Below, one piece after another: positions 61,922 to 64,000 of a DNA stretch of 64,000 nucleotides. Within the stretch, counting starts at the first letter, position 1; each line of letters begins with the position of its first letter. This DNA comes from Candidatus Borrarchaeum weybense (GTDB lineage: Archaea > Asgardarchaeota > Sifarchaeia > Borrarchaeales > Borrarchaeaceae): assembly GCA_019057385.1 (NCBI GenBank), contig JAHQJS010000004.1, forward strand, positions 288,001 through 352,000. The letters run 5' to 3'. The position numbers and the translations under genes are program-made. A model generated the notes under the pieces. That model worked only from the letters and a program-made list of their open reading frames with translations. It was not told the origin of the DNA and searched no databases.

Positions 61922-62158
61922 TTATATTCGTGATAATTCAGAAGTAAGGCTCTTCAGTACAGGATCGGTAATATCTTCATCTTGAATTTGTGAAATTTCA
62001 GTTATTTTTATGAATTTTCTTGGAACTTTGTGTTTACTCCCTATAAGGGATAAAACGTTTTCAATTGCATGGGTTTCTTTTAGGGCTTTGATCTCTTTGG
62101 CGAATGGGATCTTTTTACTCTTTGCTCTATAGACGCCCTTAATCCGAAATACTGACAA
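61922..62158 (-). CDS. rpl18a: 50S ribosomal protein L18Ae/LX (eL20)
   Basis: FRIKG, FAKEIKA, GSKHKVPR; TTG start after a GAGGTG SD. Confidence 0.9.
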   Translation of the reverse strand: MSVFRIKGVYRAKSKKIPFAKEIKALKETHAIENVLSLIGSKHKVPRKFIKITEISQIQDEDITDPVLKSLTSELSRI

Positions 62159-62404
62159 TAAAAACACCTCTATTTTCAGTGAAACCTTTTGTGCACATCT
62201 TAACATATTATCTTTTAACCTTTTACATTTGGGTTGAGAATTTTTGCTTTGTAAAAAAACTCTTGCTGTGAAAATTGGTTTTTAAATTGCACAATGAAAA
62301 GCTTAATAATTTTTATCCTAGCAAGGTCATTCATCTTGCAAAGACTTCGTTCTGAGTGATATTTATCTGGCGAGAGTCCTTTCTGAGAGTAAAATGGATT
62401 AACA

Positions 62405-63085
62405 GTGTACCTGGTGAACTGTGTGGTTATTGTTCAGAATAACTTTAATGGAATCGCCTCAGTCGGCATAATCTCACTGGCTACTGATAGTTATGTATTG
62501 GTTCCAAGAAACCTTCCAAAAAGAGTAGTCAATAAGCTACATGAGGTATTTGCTGCGCCAATTATCAAAACTTCAATTTATCAATCGCATCTAATTGGAA
62601 TATTAGCCGCTGGTAATAAATTTGGTCTATTAACTCATTTTCTTTCTGATGATGATGAGATTGAATATCTTAAGAAGGAAATTGGTATCCCTGTTGAAAG
62701 AATGAAAAGTAAACTAACTGTCGGAAATTGCATTCTTGCTAATGACAAAGGCGCAATTGCTGCGGATGAATTTGGTAAAGAAGACATTAAGCAAATCACT
62801 GATATTCTCAATGTAGAAGTTTTGCAAGGAAAGATCGTCAATTCATCTTTAATCGGATCACTTGGAGCAGCAAGTAATGAAGGCGCTATGGTGCACCCAT
62901 TAGCTACCGAAAAGGAATTAGAATGGATTAGCGAAGGCTTGAAAGTACATTCTGATATTGGGACCGTTAACAGAGGTGTTCCATATGTCTCAACAGGAAT
63001 CTTAGTTAATTCACAGGGGTGCGTTACAGGCGAAGAGACTACAGGTCCTGAATTAGTAAGAATCTCACAAACATTCGCACTTTAA
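62405..63085 (+). CDS. eif6: translation initiation factor 6 (aIF6)
   Basis: GNCILANDKGA, VHP, GTVNRG, TTGPEL. Confidence 0.95.
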   Translation: MYLVNCVVIVQNNFNGIASVGIISLATDSYVLVPRNLPKRVVNKLHEVFAAPIIKTSIYQSHLIGILAAGNKFGLLTHFLSDDDEIEYLKKEIGIPVERMKSKLTVGNCILANDKGAIAADEFGKEDIKQITDILNVEVLQGKIVNSSLIGSLGAASNEGAMVHPLATEKELEWISEGLKVHSDIGTVNRGVPYVSTGILVNSQGCVTGEETTGPELVRISQTFAL

Positions 63086-63167
63086 ACTCTTATTTATTAT
63101 TGAGTATATAGTAATTACATTAATTTTTGAAAAAACAAAAAGAGAAATATCTATTGAAATAAAATGT

Positions 63168-63455
63168 TCATTTTGCTAAGTAAACTTCACATATCCCTTC
63201 GGTGTCCTTCACTGCCCTAACTCTTATTTTTCTCGGAGGTTTTTCGATACCTCGCTTCCAAAGTTCTTCATTGAGTTCTGGATCAATTCGAATGTCAATA
63301 GGATTTACTTTCATATGACGTTCTATGTAGTGTTTCAGAATCTTTATCGCACGAACTGTGCGTTTATGCCGTGGGGCGTGCTTTACGTCACGAAATGGAA
63401 TAGTATATAACTCTTCTTTTTCAATTTCTTCATCTAATATTTCTTCATCTGACAT
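63168..63455 (-). CDS. rpl31e: 50S ribosomal protein L31e
   Basis: YTIP, RHMK, LNEELWKRGIEKPPRKIRV. Confidence 0.96.
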   Translation of the reverse strand: MSDEEILDEEIEKEELYTIPFRDVKHAPRHKRTVRAIKILKHYIERHMKVNPIDIRIDPELNEELWKRGIEKPPRKIRVRAVKDTEGICEVYLAK

Positions 63456-63476
63456 TTCGTTTACGCATCCTTTCTA

Positions 63477-63632
63477 CTATTTCTTTAAGCGTGTACGTCG
63501 CCAATGCCTACTTTTAGGATGTGTACGCACTCTTCTTCGAGTTCTAACAACTATCCATGCAGGAACGCTTCTTGATTGCTTCAGTGCTTTTCCTAGTCGC
63601 AATTTTTTTCCTAAAGGTTTATATCGTGCCAA
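63477..63632 (-). CDS. rpl39e: 50S ribosomal protein L39e (not in ORF track)
   Basis: TTG start; [25 protein letters not shown]...[10 protein letters not shown]. Confidence 0.95.
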   Translation of the reverse strand: MARYKPLGKKLRLGKALKQSRSVPAWIVVRTRRRVRTHPKSRHWRRTRLKK

Positions 63633-63645
63633 TGACAAGAATCTC

Positions 63646-63990
63646 CTATTTTCGTGTGATTTTAATATCTCTTTGTTTATCAGTCAATCTTCGTAAAATG
63701 GTTTTTAATTGGTCATCAGTTAATACATTGCCAAGTCGTCCAGCTTGTGCAAGTTGAATTAATTGAAGTTCAACCGCTTCAGCCAATTCGGGTTTTACAA
63801 TTTTTATTCGATTCAATCGTTCTCTTGCTTCAGGAGTCAATATCTGTCGGAGTATTGCTTGTTTCTGGGCTTCTAGTTCCTGTTGCATTTGTGCTTGTCG
63901 TTCTTGTTCTCCTTGTTGCTGTTGTAACTCAAGCATACGTCTTTTCTTTAATTCTTCAAGTTCTTCATCCGACAAGGTTTTTCCCTCCAA
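63646..63990 (-). CDS. PDCD5-like DNA-binding protein
   Basis: [21 protein letters not shown]. Confidence 0.93.
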   Translation of the reverse strand: MEGKTLSDEELEELKKRRMLELQQQQGEQERQAQMQQELEAQKQAILRQILTPEARERLNRIKIVKPELAEAVELQLIQLAQAGRLGNVLTDDQLKTILRRLTDKQRDIKITRK

Positions 63991-64000
63991 GTTAAAAAAT

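Overview
Archaeal chromosomal window, AT-rich. It carries egsA, proteasome beta, aCPSF1, SmAP, eIF6, eL ribosomal proteins and archaeal SepF. An Asgard-type lineage is plausible but is only an inference. Roughly 1-31 kb holds glycosylation, metabolic and accessory genes, including toxin-antitoxin genes and HEPN-like orphans. Roughly 30-50 kb and 61-64 kb hold core informational genes, an intein-containing aCPSF1, and five tRNA genes that all carry non-canonical introns. Several IS200/IS605/IS607-type relics are present: a TnpB omega-RNA remnant, a solo IscB-type omega-RNA element and two TnpB-related genes. The main result is a ~10.5 kb element (~50827-61293) inserted into the 5' end of ftsY. 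It leaves the native first 38 codons stranded at 61294-61407 and supplies a diverged replacement 5' end. It encodes a Ski2/Hel308-like helicase fused to a Cas1-like integrase domain, a Cas7-like RAMP and a Cas5-like/HD fusion, with no CRISPR array. Instead it has two copies of a ~130 nt structured non-coding scaffold, each followed by a different variable segment. The first variable segment matches ftsY (28/36 nt, mostly wobble mismatches), starting at the inferred insertion junction. This suggests an RNA-guided, Cas1-based integrative element that uses non-CRISPR guide RNAs. All assignments are by eye, with no database searches.
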